Shown here piece by piece: positions 1 through 9,833 of a stretch of 64,000 bases of DNA; position 1 is the stretch's first letter, and every line of letters begins with the position of its first letter. Under the pieces are notes generated by a model. The model made no database searches. It was not told where the DNA came from and was given only the letters and a program-made list of their open reading frames with translations. The translations under genes were made by a program, and so were the position numbers. Origin of the DNA: Opitutales bacterium (lineage in GTDB: Bacteria > Verrucomicrobiota > Verrucomicrobiia > Opitutales > UBA2987); the NCBI GenBank assembly GCA_965226885.1, contig CBDDEL010000015.1, positions 448,001 through 512,000 on the forward strand. Reading direction: 5' to 3'.

Positions 1-1
1 T

Positions 2-949
2 TATGGTTGGAACCGGCTTCCCAACCGGCCGCGGGCGGTCGTTGAAGATAATGTATTTGTCGGAAATGCCTCTGGAGTAAAAGATTTTTATCGCACCCGC
101 AGCAGTAGCGGCGGTGCCATCTCGTGCAGCCACGAATCTATGCCCTTAATCAGGAATAACGTCATCGCCTCCAACCGGGCTGGAGGTCGCAGCGATGCCG
201 GTGGCATCTATGTCCAATATTATTCCAGCCCGGAAATTGTCGGCAACTGGATCGTCGGCAATGTCAGCGATGACGACGGCGGCGGATTTTACACCATGCG
301 TTTGGGCGAACCGATTCTTATTAATAATATCCTGGCTGGAAACTGGACAACCGGGGGCGGAGTCGGTGGAGCCCGCGTCAGCAAAGAAGGCCGCGCCGTC
401 CTCATAGGCAATAGAATTGTGCAAAATCTGACCGGTGGCGGTTTGCTCAGTGTGGACAGCCGGGTGGTTCTGAAAAATAACGTTATCACGGACAACGAAA
501 AGGGTCCCGGTTTCGGTTACCGGCAGAATTTCGATTACTTCCAGGCTTCCCTCATCGAGGGAAATTATTTTTTCGGAAACGAGCAAGGTAGTCTTTCCAT
601 TGAGGCGGCAATAGGAGAAAAACTGGTATTCAATGACAATTGGCTGGAAGAAGAAAATAGTTCTGAAGGGAATACCTCTAATCCACGAAAAGCGGTTGTG
701 ACCGACGATGGGTTAAAGGTGGAGATTGTTTCCAGTCGATTCAATGAATCCAATACCACCACCTTGATCGAATTGGCCTCCGGTGATAAACTTTCCGAAT
801 ACCTGGAGGGTAGAATCCTCCATCTGGATGATCGCTGGGCGGTTGTTCAAAGCAATGACGCGCACAGCATAACGGTTTGGGGAAATATCGCCGCTCGGGA
901 CGAAGACAGTACAACCGCTGAGATTCTGCCGACTTATCGGATTCGGTAA
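2..949 (+). CDS. Right-handed parallel beta-helix repeat protein (pectin-lyase-like/NosD-like), 5'-truncated by the window edge
   Basis: The frame of ORF 140..949 is open back to position 2. Repeated 'P.I.NN.I.gN...GGG' beta-helix motifs. Confidence 0.7.
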   Translation, partial: YGWNRLPNRPRAVVEDNVFVGNASGVKDFYRTRSSSGGAISCSHESMPLIRNNVIASNRAGGRSDAGGIYVQYYSSPEIVGNWIVGNVSDDDGGGFYTMRLGEPILINNILAGNWTTGGGVGGARVSKEGRAVLIGNRIVQNLTGGGLLSVDSRVVLKNNVITDNEKGPGFGYRQNFDYFQASLIEGNYFFGNEQGSLSIEAAIGEKLVFNDNWLEEENSSEGNTSNPRKAVVTDDGLKVEIVSSRFNESNTTTLIELASGDKLSEYLEGRILHLDDRWAVVQSNDAHSITVWGNIAARDEDSTTAEILPTYRIR

Positions 950-998
950 GGAAAGATTCAACTCCTTCCCTGAAGCACCGCTCAGGCAGTTTCAAAAG

Positions 999-2234
999 CT
1001 ATTCAAAAAATCCGGAACCCTCCGCCAGGTTTGCCCGGCAGACATCTTCGTTCAGTTCAATTCCGAGGCCCGGTTTATCGGAAAGCTCGAGGTAACCGTC
1101 GTTGAAGATGGGCCCGTCACGCACGATAATATCCTGCCAATGGGGCACATCCACACTATCCGATTCCAGGGCGATGAACGATTTGATGTTGGCGCAGGCA
1201 TGCCCCGAGGCGATGGTTCCCACCGGCGTACACCCATTGTGGCAAAGCATGCTCATGTAATAAACGTCGGCCCAGTCCGCTATTTTTTTCATTTCCAGCA
1301 AACCGCCGCATTTCTGGGCGTCGGGATGAATCAGGTCGCAGGCCTGTTTTTCAATAAAGGGCCGGAATCCCTGTCGGCCAAACAGATTTTCACCGGTTAA
1401 GATGGGAATCTTGCTGGCCGCGGTGAGCCGTGCGAAAGCATCCGCGTTTTCAGGCTGCATGGGATCTTCCAGAAACCATAAATTCAAAGGTTCCAGTATT
1501 TGGGTTAATCGCAAGGAATCCCGGGTGTTGTACCTCCAATGCAAATCCACCCCGATGGGAAAATCGGGCCCCAGCGCCTCCCTTGCGGCCTCAATGATTT
1601 TATACCACTTCCTCATATCCTGAAAGGGAATGGTGCCGTTCCACTTGTCGCCGCTTAACCGGCTCAGGCTGAATTTTAAGGCCTTGAATCCGTATTCCTT
1701 GGATTTTAAAGCTTCCTCGGCCCAAGCTTCGGGCTCGGTTGTTTTGGGCGAGGCGCTGTCGTGATAGAGCAGTAATTTGTTGCGATACCCACCCCCACCC
1801 AGCAGTTGATAAACCGGAACATCGAGAATTTTTCCCGCCAGGTCCCACAACGCGGTTTCGATCCCCGATATCGCCCCGGAGAGTGCGCCGGTGCGCGAGC
1901 CCCGCGAGACATAGGCCTCCGTCAATCGATAGTGCAGGTATTCTACCTGTAGTGGATCCCTACCGATGATTCTCTCTTTTATGGTTTCGATATCCTGGGC
2001 CACTTCCGCCTTGGGATAGGCTTCCCCTAAACCATACAAGCCGGAATCTGTAGTCACCTTTACCAGGTGGGTCTTGTATTTAATGTTAATAGCGGCTGTT
2101 TTTACATCCGTTATTTTGACTTTACCGAATTCCGATTTCGCCTGCGGCGCGGCCCGGAGAATTTGCGGGGCATTGGCAAGGGCTCCAGCCGTTGTCAAAC
2201 TGGCCGCCCAAAAAAAATTTCTACGAGTTAGCAT
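999..2234 (-). CDS. Mandelate racemase/muconate lactonizing enzyme family acid-sugar dehydratase with Tat signal
   Basis: GIETALWDLAGK, metal ligands D/E/E (VDLH, LEDP, TGEN), PGLGIELNE; N-terminal RRNFF twin-arginine motif. Confidence 0.85.
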   Translation of the reverse strand: MLTRRNFFWAASLTTAGALANAPQILRAAPQAKSEFGKVKITDVKTAAINIKYKTHLVKVTTDSGLYGLGEAYPKAEVAQDIETIKERIIGRDPLQVEYLHYRLTEAYVSRGSRTGALSGAISGIETALWDLAGKILDVPVYQLLGGGGYRNKLLLYHDSASPKTTEPEAWAEEALKSKEYGFKALKFSLSRLSGDKWNGTIPFQDMRKWYKIIEAAREALGPDFPIGVDLHWRYNTRDSLRLTQILEPLNLWFLEDPMQPENADAFARLTAASKIPILTGENLFGRQGFRPFIEKQACDLIHPDAQKCGGLLEMKKIADWADVYYMSMLCHNGCTPVGTIASGHACANIKSFIALESDSVDVPHWQDIIVRDGPIFNDGYLELSDKPGLGIELNEDVCRANLAEGSGFFE

Positions 2235-2490
2235 GCTGCAATTCAGTTAAATGTTTCTATTCTTTAAGAAATATATAGACCCCACCTTATTCTGAAAATC
2301 TTTTTTTGTTTTTTTATTTCTGGAATCACCATAAAGTGCGGTTGTATGTTGAAATTGACCTCCAATGTTTAATAATATCTCTTTTTGCTATATTCACTTT
2401 TAATGCTGATTGAAAGTTTGGCATTTGAAATGGACGGGGAAAACTGGACAGTGGAATAAGGTGGTCTTGAACCACTAAATCCGCTAACCT

Positions 2491-2796
2491 ATGAATGTTA
2501 TTAAATCACGAAAGAGAAGACAATACAGTGCTGAGTTTAAAGCCCGAGTGGCCCTGGAAGCCATCAGGGGCGCTCATACCATCAACGAGATCGCCGGTCG
2601 TTCTGAGGTGCATCCCAACCAGGTGACCCAATGGAAGAAGCAGCTTTTGCAGGGAGCAACGGAGCTGTTTTCGCGCCAGCGGCAGACTCTCAGCAAGGAC
2701 AACGAGACGGAAAAAGATCACCTTTACCAGGAGATTGGAAAGCTGAAAGTAGAATGCGATTGGCTAAAAAAAAAGTCTGAACAATTCGGTTGGTGA
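2491..2796 (+). CDS. IS3-family transposase OrfA (HTH)
   Basis: YSAEFKARVALEA...HPNQVTQWKKQ, ends near the A9 run. Confidence 0.9.
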   Translation: MNVIKSRKRRQYSAEFKARVALEAIRGAHTINEIAGRSEVHPNQVTQWKKQLLQGATELFSRQRQTLSKDNETEKDHLYQEIGKLKVECDWLKKKSEQFGW

Positions 2797-2806
2797 GAGG
2801 CGCAAG

Positions 2807-3670
2807 ATGGTGCAACCACTTCAAGGAAAAATCAGTATCGGCAGGCAATGTCAGTTGCTGGGGCTGGCCCGCGGCAGCTATTACTATCGGGCCCGTGCCC
2901 AGTGCGAGCAGAACGTTCTCTACATGCATCGCATGGATGAGCTCTACACCCAATATCCGTTTTTTGGTTCTCGCCGGATGACCCAGTGGCTGCGTCGAGA
3001 GGGCCATGCAGTGGGACGAGGCCGCATCCAGCGGCTCATGCGCCAAATGGGCCTGGAGGCTATTTATCCGCGTCGAAACTTGAGCCAGGGGCACCGGCAG
3101 CACCGCATTTTCCCTTATCTGCTGCGGGGTTTGGCGGTCGAGCGGCCCGACCAGGTATGGTGCAGCGACATCACTTACCTGCGGCTGAGCCGAGGATTCC
3201 TTTTCTTGACCGTGGTGTTGGACTGGTTCAGCCGCTACGTGTTGAGCTGGCAGCTTTCCAACACCCTGGAGAGCCGCTTCTGTGTGCTCGCCCTGGAGGA
3301 AGCTCTGAGGCGGGCCCAACCTCAAATCTTCAACACCGATCAAGGCAGCCAGTTTACCGGCAGCGAGTTCACCTCGGTGCTGGGGCAAGCCGGGGTGCGC
3401 ATCAGCATGGACGGGCGTGGCCGCTACCTGGACAACATATTTGTTGAACGCTTTTGGAGAACCCTCAAGTATGAAGACATTTACCTGCGCGAATACGCCA
3501 CGGCAAAGGAAGCCAGCGAAGGGATAGCCCGCTACCTGGACTTCTACAACCACCTGCGCCCCCACCAAGCCCTGGGCTACCGGACCCCGGCCGAAGTCCA
3601 TGCAATCGGAGCAAAACCAACCTCCCCGCCAATACAGCTTGCGGGCACCTGCGTGCCCGTCTTTGGCTAA
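2807..3670 (+). CDS. IS3-family transposase OrfB (rve/DDE)
   Basis: WCSDITY, NTDQGSQF, DNIFVERFWRTLKYE, YNHLRPHQAL. Confidence 0.92.
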   Translation: MVQPLQGKISIGRQCQLLGLARGSYYYRARAQCEQNVLYMHRMDELYTQYPFFGSRRMTQWLRREGHAVGRGRIQRLMRQMGLEAIYPRRNLSQGHRQHRIFPYLLRGLAVERPDQVWCSDITYLRLSRGFLFLTVVLDWFSRYVLSWQLSNTLESRFCVLALEEALRRAQPQIFNTDQGSQFTGSEFTSVLGQAGVRISMDGRGRYLDNIFVERFWRTLKYEDIYLREYATAKEASEGIARYLDFYNHLRPHQALGYRTPAEVHAIGAKPTSPPIQLAGTCVPVFG

Positions 3671-3884
3671 GGACAAAATATATTTTTAAAAAATAATATG
3701 AACACGATTTCCACCTTAATCCCACGTCAAAATTGTCCAAACAACCCCGTCCACTTCAATTTTTATTTTGAAACTATAGATCCATTTTAATTCCTTATAT
3801 TAATGAAAATTGGATTAAATACAGCTCCGCCTTTATTCTGGGTCCACCTATTAGGTGTGTGGTATTCCATTTTTTGGTAGTGTA

Positions 3885-5695
3885 GAGGCTGTCCCAAAAA
3901 TATAAAGATTTTATAGTCAACTGGATGACGTTGATAAAAAGAGCCGGAAAGAGCAAGTTTTTGCTCGATCCGGCCAAAAAAGGGTTCTATAATTGAGTTA
4001 GCGAAAATCAATATAGCCCTTTCTATGTCTATGAAAAATATAGCCATCCAATGCCTCCTGCGTCCAGCTTTAACTGTGGTCGACCGGTGCCTCGATTACG
4101 ATAACTTCCGCGCCACCATTGATCGAATCGATCGGCTGCTGATCGACTCGGAGGTGGAATCGCAGGCCTTGGAGGGGTGGCCGCCAATGGGTCTAAAGGC
4201 CCGGCGGCAGCGGGCCAGTTTTGCCATCAAGGCACTGCGCATGGATACGCTGGGCCGTCTGCTCGGAGGGATTTCGTTTCGGCATTTGTCGCGGGCTCTG
4301 GGCAGCAGCGATCTGTTGGCCGACTTTTGCCGTGTCCGGCAGATCGATGGCATCAGGGGCATCTCCAAAAGCACCCTGGAGCGGGCCTCGAAGTTTTTCA
4401 GCGAAGAGCAGTTGAGGGCCTTGCACCGGACCTTGACTGAGGTGGTGGGCGATGCCCTTCTGGCCCGGCAGGTGGGATTGGACAAGCCGATTGACACCAC
4501 CATTTGCCTGATCGACGGCACCTGTTTGGAGGCTAGCATTCATTGGCCGACGGACTGGGTATTACTCAAGGATGTAGCCGGCACGTTGCTCAAGGCGATC
4601 CGGCTGATCCGCGAGAAGGCCGGTGTGCGCCATCGCATGCCGATCGAACCGGAGCCCTTGGCTCGGCAGATGAATCGGCTGTGCATACAGATGACCCACA
4701 GCCGGCGGCGAAAGGACAGCGCGCGGCAGCGCAAGGGTATCTTGAGGCAGATGAAAAAGCTGCTCAAACGGATCGGGGAGCATGCCCGCAGTCACCGGGA
4801 ATTATTGCAAGCCTGCTGGGAGCAAAGCGATTACAGCGAAAAACAGGTCCAACAGATCCTCGCCCGGATGGAGCGCATGAGCGAGCAAATCCCGGTGGTC
4901 ATCAAACAGGCGCACGAGCGGATCATTGGCGGCCGCCAGGTGAAAAACGCAGAGAAAGTCTTGAGTGTTTACGAACTCGATGTGCAGGTGATTGTGCGAG
5001 GTAAAGCGGGCCAAGAGGTCGAGTTCGGCAACACCCTGTTTTTGGGAGAAAGCGTTGAAGGGTACCTGCTGGACTGGAAACTCTACGGCAGCCGAACTCC
5101 AAGCGAAAATGAACAAATGCAAGAGAGTTTGCAAAGACAGAACCGCTTCAACCTGGAAGAACCCATAGCGGCCATGTGCGCGGACCGGGGATTTGCCTCC
5201 CAGCGGGCCCGCCGGCAGTTAGCCCAGGAGGGAATCTACGACGCGCTCTGTCCACGCGATCCGAAGCAGTTGAAAAAACGGATGGAGGAACCACTGTTCA
5301 GACAATTGCAAAAGCGCCGGGCCAGCACCGAAGGGCGGATCGGGGTATTGAAGAATCGCTGGCAGGCCGGGCGGTTGCGCAGCAAAGGCTTTGCCAACCG
5401 CTCGATCAGCGTAGCCTGGTCGGTACTCTCGCACAACCTATGGAAAGTAGCCAAGATGCTGGCCCAGCAAGACGAACTAAAAACCAAAGCGGCGGCCTAG
5501 AGAGCGGAAAAGCAAGGACAATACTTTTTCACAGCCTTACTGTCGGCTCATACAAAGAAAACCAGGCAACCGGACCCCAAAACCAGTATACTAACGTCAT
5601 AAGAGAGCAAAGTTGATACTCTCCCAAATGCAAATACCTCTAAAATGAGCGCCTATCAAAAGCCCTCGCAAAAATCACCCTTTTGGGACAGCCTC
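3885..5695 (+). mobile_element. IS5/ISNCY-like element, copy 1 (1811 bp)
   Basis: IR gaggctgtcccaaaa / ttttgggacagcctc, flanked by duplicated tagtgta. Second copy at 42204..44022. Confidence 0.9.
4031..5500 (+). CDS. DDE transposase (IS5/ISNCY-like), 4-aa in-frame deletion relative to copy 2
   Basis: IDGTCLEA.IHWPTD, GKAGQEVEFG, ADRGF, RRASTEGRIG.LK. Confidence 0.85.
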   Translation: MKNIAIQCLLRPALTVVDRCLDYDNFRATIDRIDRLLIDSEVESQALEGWPPMGLKARRQRASFAIKALRMDTLGRLLGGISFRHLSRALGSSDLLADFCRVRQIDGIRGISKSTLERASKFFSEEQLRALHRTLTEVVGDALLARQVGLDKPIDTTICLIDGTCLEASIHWPTDWVLLKDVAGTLLKAIRLIREKAGVRHRMPIEPEPLARQMNRLCIQMTHSRRRKDSARQRKGILRQMKKLLKRIGEHARSHRELLQACWEQSDYSEKQVQQILARMERMSEQIPVVIKQAHERIIGGRQVKNAEKVLSVYELDVQVIVRGKAGQEVEFGNTLFLGESVEGYLLDWKLYGSRTPSENEQMQESLQRQNRFNLEEPIAAMCADRGFASQRARRQLAQEGIYDALCPRDPKQLKKRMEEPLFRQLQKRRASTEGRIGVLKNRWQAGRLRSKGFANRSISVAWSVLSHNLWKVAKMLAQQDELKTKAAA

Positions 5696-5768
5696 TAGTG
5701 TATAAAAAAAGAATGTTATTTTGTATTTTTAGCTGTACAAATAGCGTTAGGCAGTTTATTTTTAGTGC

Positions 5769-6486
5769 ATGGTTACTAAAATTATTAATTGTCGGCACTG
5801 TGGAAGTGAAAATATCATTAAATTTGGCAAGACGCCCAACCATAAGCAGCGCTACCGCTGCCATGATTGTGGTAAACAAAGCCGCGAAAACCCCACAGTG
5901 AAATACACCGAAGAGCAAAAAGAAATGATCCTTCGAGTCTATCAGGAACGCAGCAGTCTACGCGGTTTACAGCGCGCCTTCGGGGTGAGTCCCAACACCG
6001 TTTTGAGTTGGTTAAAAAAAACGACAATCGCTGCGACCGCTCAAAAGCACGATTCTTGCGGCCCGCCGCCATGATGTCATTGAACTGGACGAACTGTGGT
6101 CTTTTGTGGGGCGCAAGAGCGATGCCCAATGGGTTTGGATCGCTCTTTGCCGACGCACCCGTCAAATCCTCTCCTATGCCATTGGGCCTCGGGATTGGTA
6201 TCGTTGCCGGGAACTTTACGAGCGTCTGCCACGGGCCTACAAAAGATGTGCCACCTACAGCGACTTTTGGAGCACTTATGATGAAGTCTTTCCTCATAAC
6301 CGATCCGTGGGAAAAGAAACCGGTGAAACGGCCCATGTGGAACGATGGAACAATACCCTGCGCCAACGACTGGGTCGTTTCACACGCAAAACCCTCTCCT
6401 TTTCCAAGCTTAAGAGTATGCATGAAACCTGTCTGAGACTTTTCATTCATCAATATAATCAAGAATTAGCCACCATTCCTACTTAA
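5769..6486 (+). CDS. IS1-family transposase InsA/InsB, two frames joined at an A8 run
   Basis: InsA Zn ribbon CRHC...CHDC plus HTH (5769..6074); InsB ELDELWSFVG, YSDFW, HVERWNNTLR (to 6486). Confidence 0.88.
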
Positions 6487-6495
6487 TACACTACC

Positions 6496-6672
6496 GCCAA
6501 GTGTTGGGTAGAAGCCCTGGAAAAAGGAGGTGCAAAGGTCGATATTTATGACTTTTCAGGACTGACCACCGACACAGGGGAACCGGTCAATGATTTCAGG
6601 GATTTCCTTCGGGTTTCAGTGGACGATTGGGAAGCAGACCTAGAGGTAAGGGAGGCCATCCCCTATGAGTAG
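6496..6672 (+). pseudogene. Orphan 3' gene fragment, possibly the C-terminus of a Toprim/primase-type protein
   Basis: Open frame AKCWVEALEKGGAKVDIYDFSGLTTDTGEPVNDFRDFL...PYE* starts exactly at the IS1 end. The D-x-x-D motif resembles Toprim C-termini. Confidence 0.35.
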
Positions 6673-6886
6673 AATCAAAACGAATATTAAAGATCATAGC
6701 CTCGCCCACAAGTTGTAAACGCCGGGATGAAACCGGTACGGGGGTCGGGGTAAAACCGGTACGCTTGGAATAAGGTTTAGGTTAGTAATTGCAGGTACGT
6801 CAAGGTTTAGGGTTTGGGAGTTGGTTTTGGGGATTGGCTTGGGGTCGGTGAGGAGGCCGGAGGCCGACGAGCCGGGCCCAAGGCGT

Positions 6887-7654
6887 TTATTGTTTTGTGC
6901 CACGGCGACGGCGTCGAGCATCGCGCAAGCGGTAGCTTTGCCCGTTGGCTTCGAGGATATGCACCCGATGGGTGAGTCGGTCCAGCAGAGCTCCGGTGAG
7001 CCGTTCGGAACCGAGCACTTCGATCCAGTTCTCAAAGGGCAGGTTGGTGGTGACGATGAGACTGGTGCGCTCGTAAGCGCGGCTGACCACGTCGAAGAGC
7101 AGTTCGGAACCGGTCTTGGAAAAAGGGACGTAACCGAGTTCGTCGAGGATGAGTAGGTCGAGCCTTTCGAGTTGCTTCATGAAGCGCTGCAGGTCGTGGT
7201 TGTCGCGTTGCTCGAGCATATGGGTAACCAGGGCGGTGACCCCGAAGAAACGGATCCGCCGGCCCTGGGCACAGGCGGCAAAGCCCAGGGCGGTGGCCAG
7301 GTGCGTTTTACCGGTACCGGCGTTACCGAGGAGCAGCACGTTTTCGCGCTGGTCGACATACTCCCCGCGCATGAGCTCTCGGATGAGCGCTTCGTTGATC
7401 GAGGGCTGCGCTTCAAAGGCGAAGCTCTCGAGGGTCTTGAGCACGGGGAAACGGGCGTTTTTGATCCGCCGCTGGGCGGCCCGCTGTTCGCGTTCAATGA
7501 GCTCCCGTTCGACCAGATGCAACAAAAAGGCGGCGTAATCGAGCCGGTCCCGGGAACAAGCCGCGGCCACCGCCGGCCATTCGCGCAGGATGGTGGGCAA
7601 CTTCAGTTTCTTGAGGTGATGGTGTAACAGCAGCTGGTTTTTTTCTTCCTTCAT
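6887..7654 (-). CDS. istB: IS21 helper AAA+ ATPase IstB
   Basis: Walker A GNAGTGKT, Walker B LLILDELGY, LLDRLTH. Confidence 0.95.
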   Translation of the reverse strand: MKEEKNQLLLHHHLKKLKLPTILREWPAVAAACSRDRLDYAAFLLHLVERELIEREQRAAQRRIKNARFPVLKTLESFAFEAQPSINEALIRELMRGEYVDQRENVLLLGNAGTGKTHLATALGFAACAQGRRIRFFGVTALVTHMLEQRDNHDLQRFMKQLERLDLLILDELGYVPFSKTGSELLFDVVSRAYERTSLIVTTNLPFENWIEVLGSERLTGALLDRLTHRVHILEANGQSYRLRDARRRRRGTKQ

Positions 7655-9156
7655 AAAGCCCCTCCTGGAATCTTGAGCAGTTCGCTGTAGGCACCGAGGT
7701 CAGGGGCGGCCACACGGACGTGACGCAGGTGTGGATGGCCGTCCAGCCGGAAGGTTCTGCTCCCGTAGTCTTCCTGAGGATAGAGATACTGGGCGATGGC
7801 CTCACGAGTCAGTCCCCCCACCCGCAGGGCCGAGACGACGGCCTGCTGCAAGGCCGCCATGGGGTGTTTCTCCAACAGCCGCAGCACCCGGATATACTCC
7901 CGGGTGCCTTCGCCCCCGCATTGGCTTTCGAGCCGGCGTCTGAGGACCTGCAGGCACTGCGGCAACTGCCAGCCCGAGAGTGGGCGGGCGAAGTCCAAAG
8001 CGCCCGGTTTTTTCTCCAGCAAAGCCAGGTAGTGCACCGGCTCGAAAGAGACTTGCTCTTTATCCCAAATGCGGCGGTGCCGGGCCACCTCTTGGCCCCC
8101 ACAGAAGATCACCACCTGCCGACAGGACCCTTCCACCACCACCGGATGGTGGGCGCAGCGCACCGGCACCGAATAGTCGTTGCACTCGAAGCGCACCAGC
8201 GAGAGGCTGCTGACGCAGGTCGAGCGTTTGCGGCTCGCTTCAAAGGGTATGGGCGGCAACGCCAGCATGACGGCGCGCTCCTCGGCCAGCAGTTCCTTTT
8301 TCACCGCCCTTTTCCCGCGTAATTTACGCTCCATGTCCCGCTCACATGCCTCCAACAGCTTTGCGTTGAGTTCCTCCAGGTCCCGAACCTGCGGTACCGG
8401 TACCAGGAAGTTGGCCCGGGCATAACGCACGATCCCCTCGACCACGCCCTTCTCGTTGGGCCGGGCGGGCAGACAGAAGTGTTCCTCGAACAGGTAATGG
8501 CTCTGTAGCTGCAGAAACCCGTCGGTCAGCTTGCGTTCACGCGAACCGATAATCTTACCCACCGCCACCTTCGAGTTGTCATAGCTGATGCGCCGGGGCA
8601 CCGCCCCGAAAAACTCAAAAGCTCGCAGGTGCCCCTCCCAGAAGCTCTCCGTGCACTCCCGTTCGAACACCTGCACGAAAAAGGCATCGCTGTAGGGCAG
8701 GCTCATGGCAAAAAATGGCCGCCTACGCAATTGCCCCGCCTCCTTCACCAGGGCATGACCGAAGTCCACCTGTCCCTCCCCGGGGCGGTGCTCCAGCGGC
8801 ACGAACACTTCCCGCCGCCTCGCTCGCAGCTCGGCCACCACCTCCTTGACCGCCGTGTAGCCCCCTTGGTAGCCCTTCTCCCGACCCAAACGCTGGTAGA
8901 TCCGTTTGGCCGTATGGCGCTGCTTCTTGGGCACGTTCCGGTCCGCTTTGAGCACCTCCTCGATCCAGCCCACATACGGATCGATCTTGCGCTCTCGCCT
9001 CTTCTTGCGCCGGTATCCCGGCGGCTGGGAATAGGCCAGCATCTTTCCCAGGGTCTCCCAGTGCAGTCCCTCTTCTCGCATTACAGAGCGCTTGCTCTGC
9101 TTGTCCCGCAGCACTTTGTGCCGCACTCTTGTCCATTGCTTCATATCTCGATACAC
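7651..9156 (-). CDS. istA: IS21 transposase IstA
   Basis: PKKQRHTAKRIY, GQVDFG, SYDNSK, NEKGVVE; 4-bp overlap with istB. Confidence 0.95.
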   Translation of the reverse strand: MYRDMKQWTRVRHKVLRDKQSKRSVMREEGLHWETLGKMLAYSQPPGYRRKKRRERKIDPYVGWIEEVLKADRNVPKKQRHTAKRIYQRLGREKGYQGGYTAVKEVVAELRARRREVFVPLEHRPGEGQVDFGHALVKEAGQLRRRPFFAMSLPYSDAFFVQVFERECTESFWEGHLRAFEFFGAVPRRISYDNSKVAVGKIIGSRERKLTDGFLQLQSHYLFEEHFCLPARPNEKGVVEGIVRYARANFLVPVPQVRDLEELNAKLLEACERDMERKLRGKRAVKKELLAEERAVMLALPPIPFEASRKRSTCVSSLSLVRFECNDYSVPVRCAHHPVVVEGSCRQVVIFCGGQEVARHRRIWDKEQVSFEPVHYLALLEKKPGALDFARPLSGWQLPQCLQVLRRRLESQCGGEGTREYIRVLRLLEKHPMAALQQAVVSALRVGGLTREAIAQYLYPQEDYGSRTFRLDGHPHLRHVRVAAPDLGAYSELLKIPGGAL

Positions 9157-9230
9157 TCCTCCTTTCTAGGATAAGCGTACCGGTTTTAAAGCGCCCTCTT
9201 TACCGTACCGGTTTTTCCCCGGCGTTTACA

Positions 9231-9833
9231 CCTGCGCCAACGACTGGGTCGTCTCACCGGTTTCTTTTCCCACGGATCGGTTATGAGGAAAGACTTCATC
9301 ATAAGTGCTCCAAAAGTCGCTGTAGGTGGCACATCTTTTGTAGGCCCGTGGCAGACGCTCGTAAAGTTCCCGGCAACGATACCAATCCCGAGGCCCAATG
9401 GCATAGGAGAGGATTTGACGGGTGCGTCGGCAAAGAGCGATCCAAACCCATTGGGCATCGCTCTTGCGCCCCACAAAAGACCACAGTTCGTCCAGTTCAA
9501 TGACATCATGGCGGCGGGCCGCAAGAATCGTGCTTTTGAGCGGTCGCAGCGATTGTCGTTTTTTTTAACCAACTCAAAACGGTGTTGGGACTCACCCCGA
9601 AGGCGCGCTGTAAACCGCGTAGACTGCTGCGTTCCTGATAGACTCGAAGGATCATTTCTTTTTGCTCTTCGGTGTATTTCACTGTGGGGTTTTCGCGGCT
9701 TTGTTTACCACAATCATGGCAGCGGTAGCGCTGTTTATGGTTGGACGTCTTGCCAAATTTAATGATATTTTCTCTTCCACAGTGCCGACAATTAATAATT
9801 TTAGTAACCATGCACTAAGAATAAACTGCCTAA
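9231..9833 (-). mobile_element. IS1-family copy B, internal fragment between IS21 and IS1380
   Basis: InsA at 9506..9811 and part of InsB. Both IRs are missing. Bases 9231-9252 are in the opposite orientation. Confidence 0.9.

Larger units (their letters stand above)
2426..3758 (+). mobile_element. IS3-family element 'a', copy 1 (1333 bp)
   Basis: TG...CA ends, imperfect IR tgaaatggacggggaaaactggaca / tgaagtggacggggttgtttggaca, 3-bp TSD att. Near-identical copy at 33676..35008. Confidence 0.95.
3876..6495 (+). mobile_element. IS1-family element, copy A; left IR split by an IS5-like insertion
   Basis: GGTAGTGTA at 3876, resuming at 5703 (taaaaaaagaatg) and ending ...aatacactacc at 6495. Matches the intact copy at 40475..41276. 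Outer flanks do not match. Confidence 0.9.
6714..9230 (-). mobile_element. IS21-family element, copy 1 (2517 bp)
   Basis: IR TGTAAACGCCGGG at both ends, repeated aaaccggtacg subterminal boxes, istA-istB pair. No matching TSD. Confidence 0.95.

Noticed and set aside
2277..2293. ccaccttattc match to the IS3-a subterminal sequence
   Set aside because: Only 11 bp and about 140 bp from the element; compatible with chance.
2690..3676. Long antisense ORFs (also 16792..18075, 33758..34744, 48220..48849, 56620..57588)
   Set aside because: Shadows of well-supported genes on the opposite strand, with no recognisable motifs.
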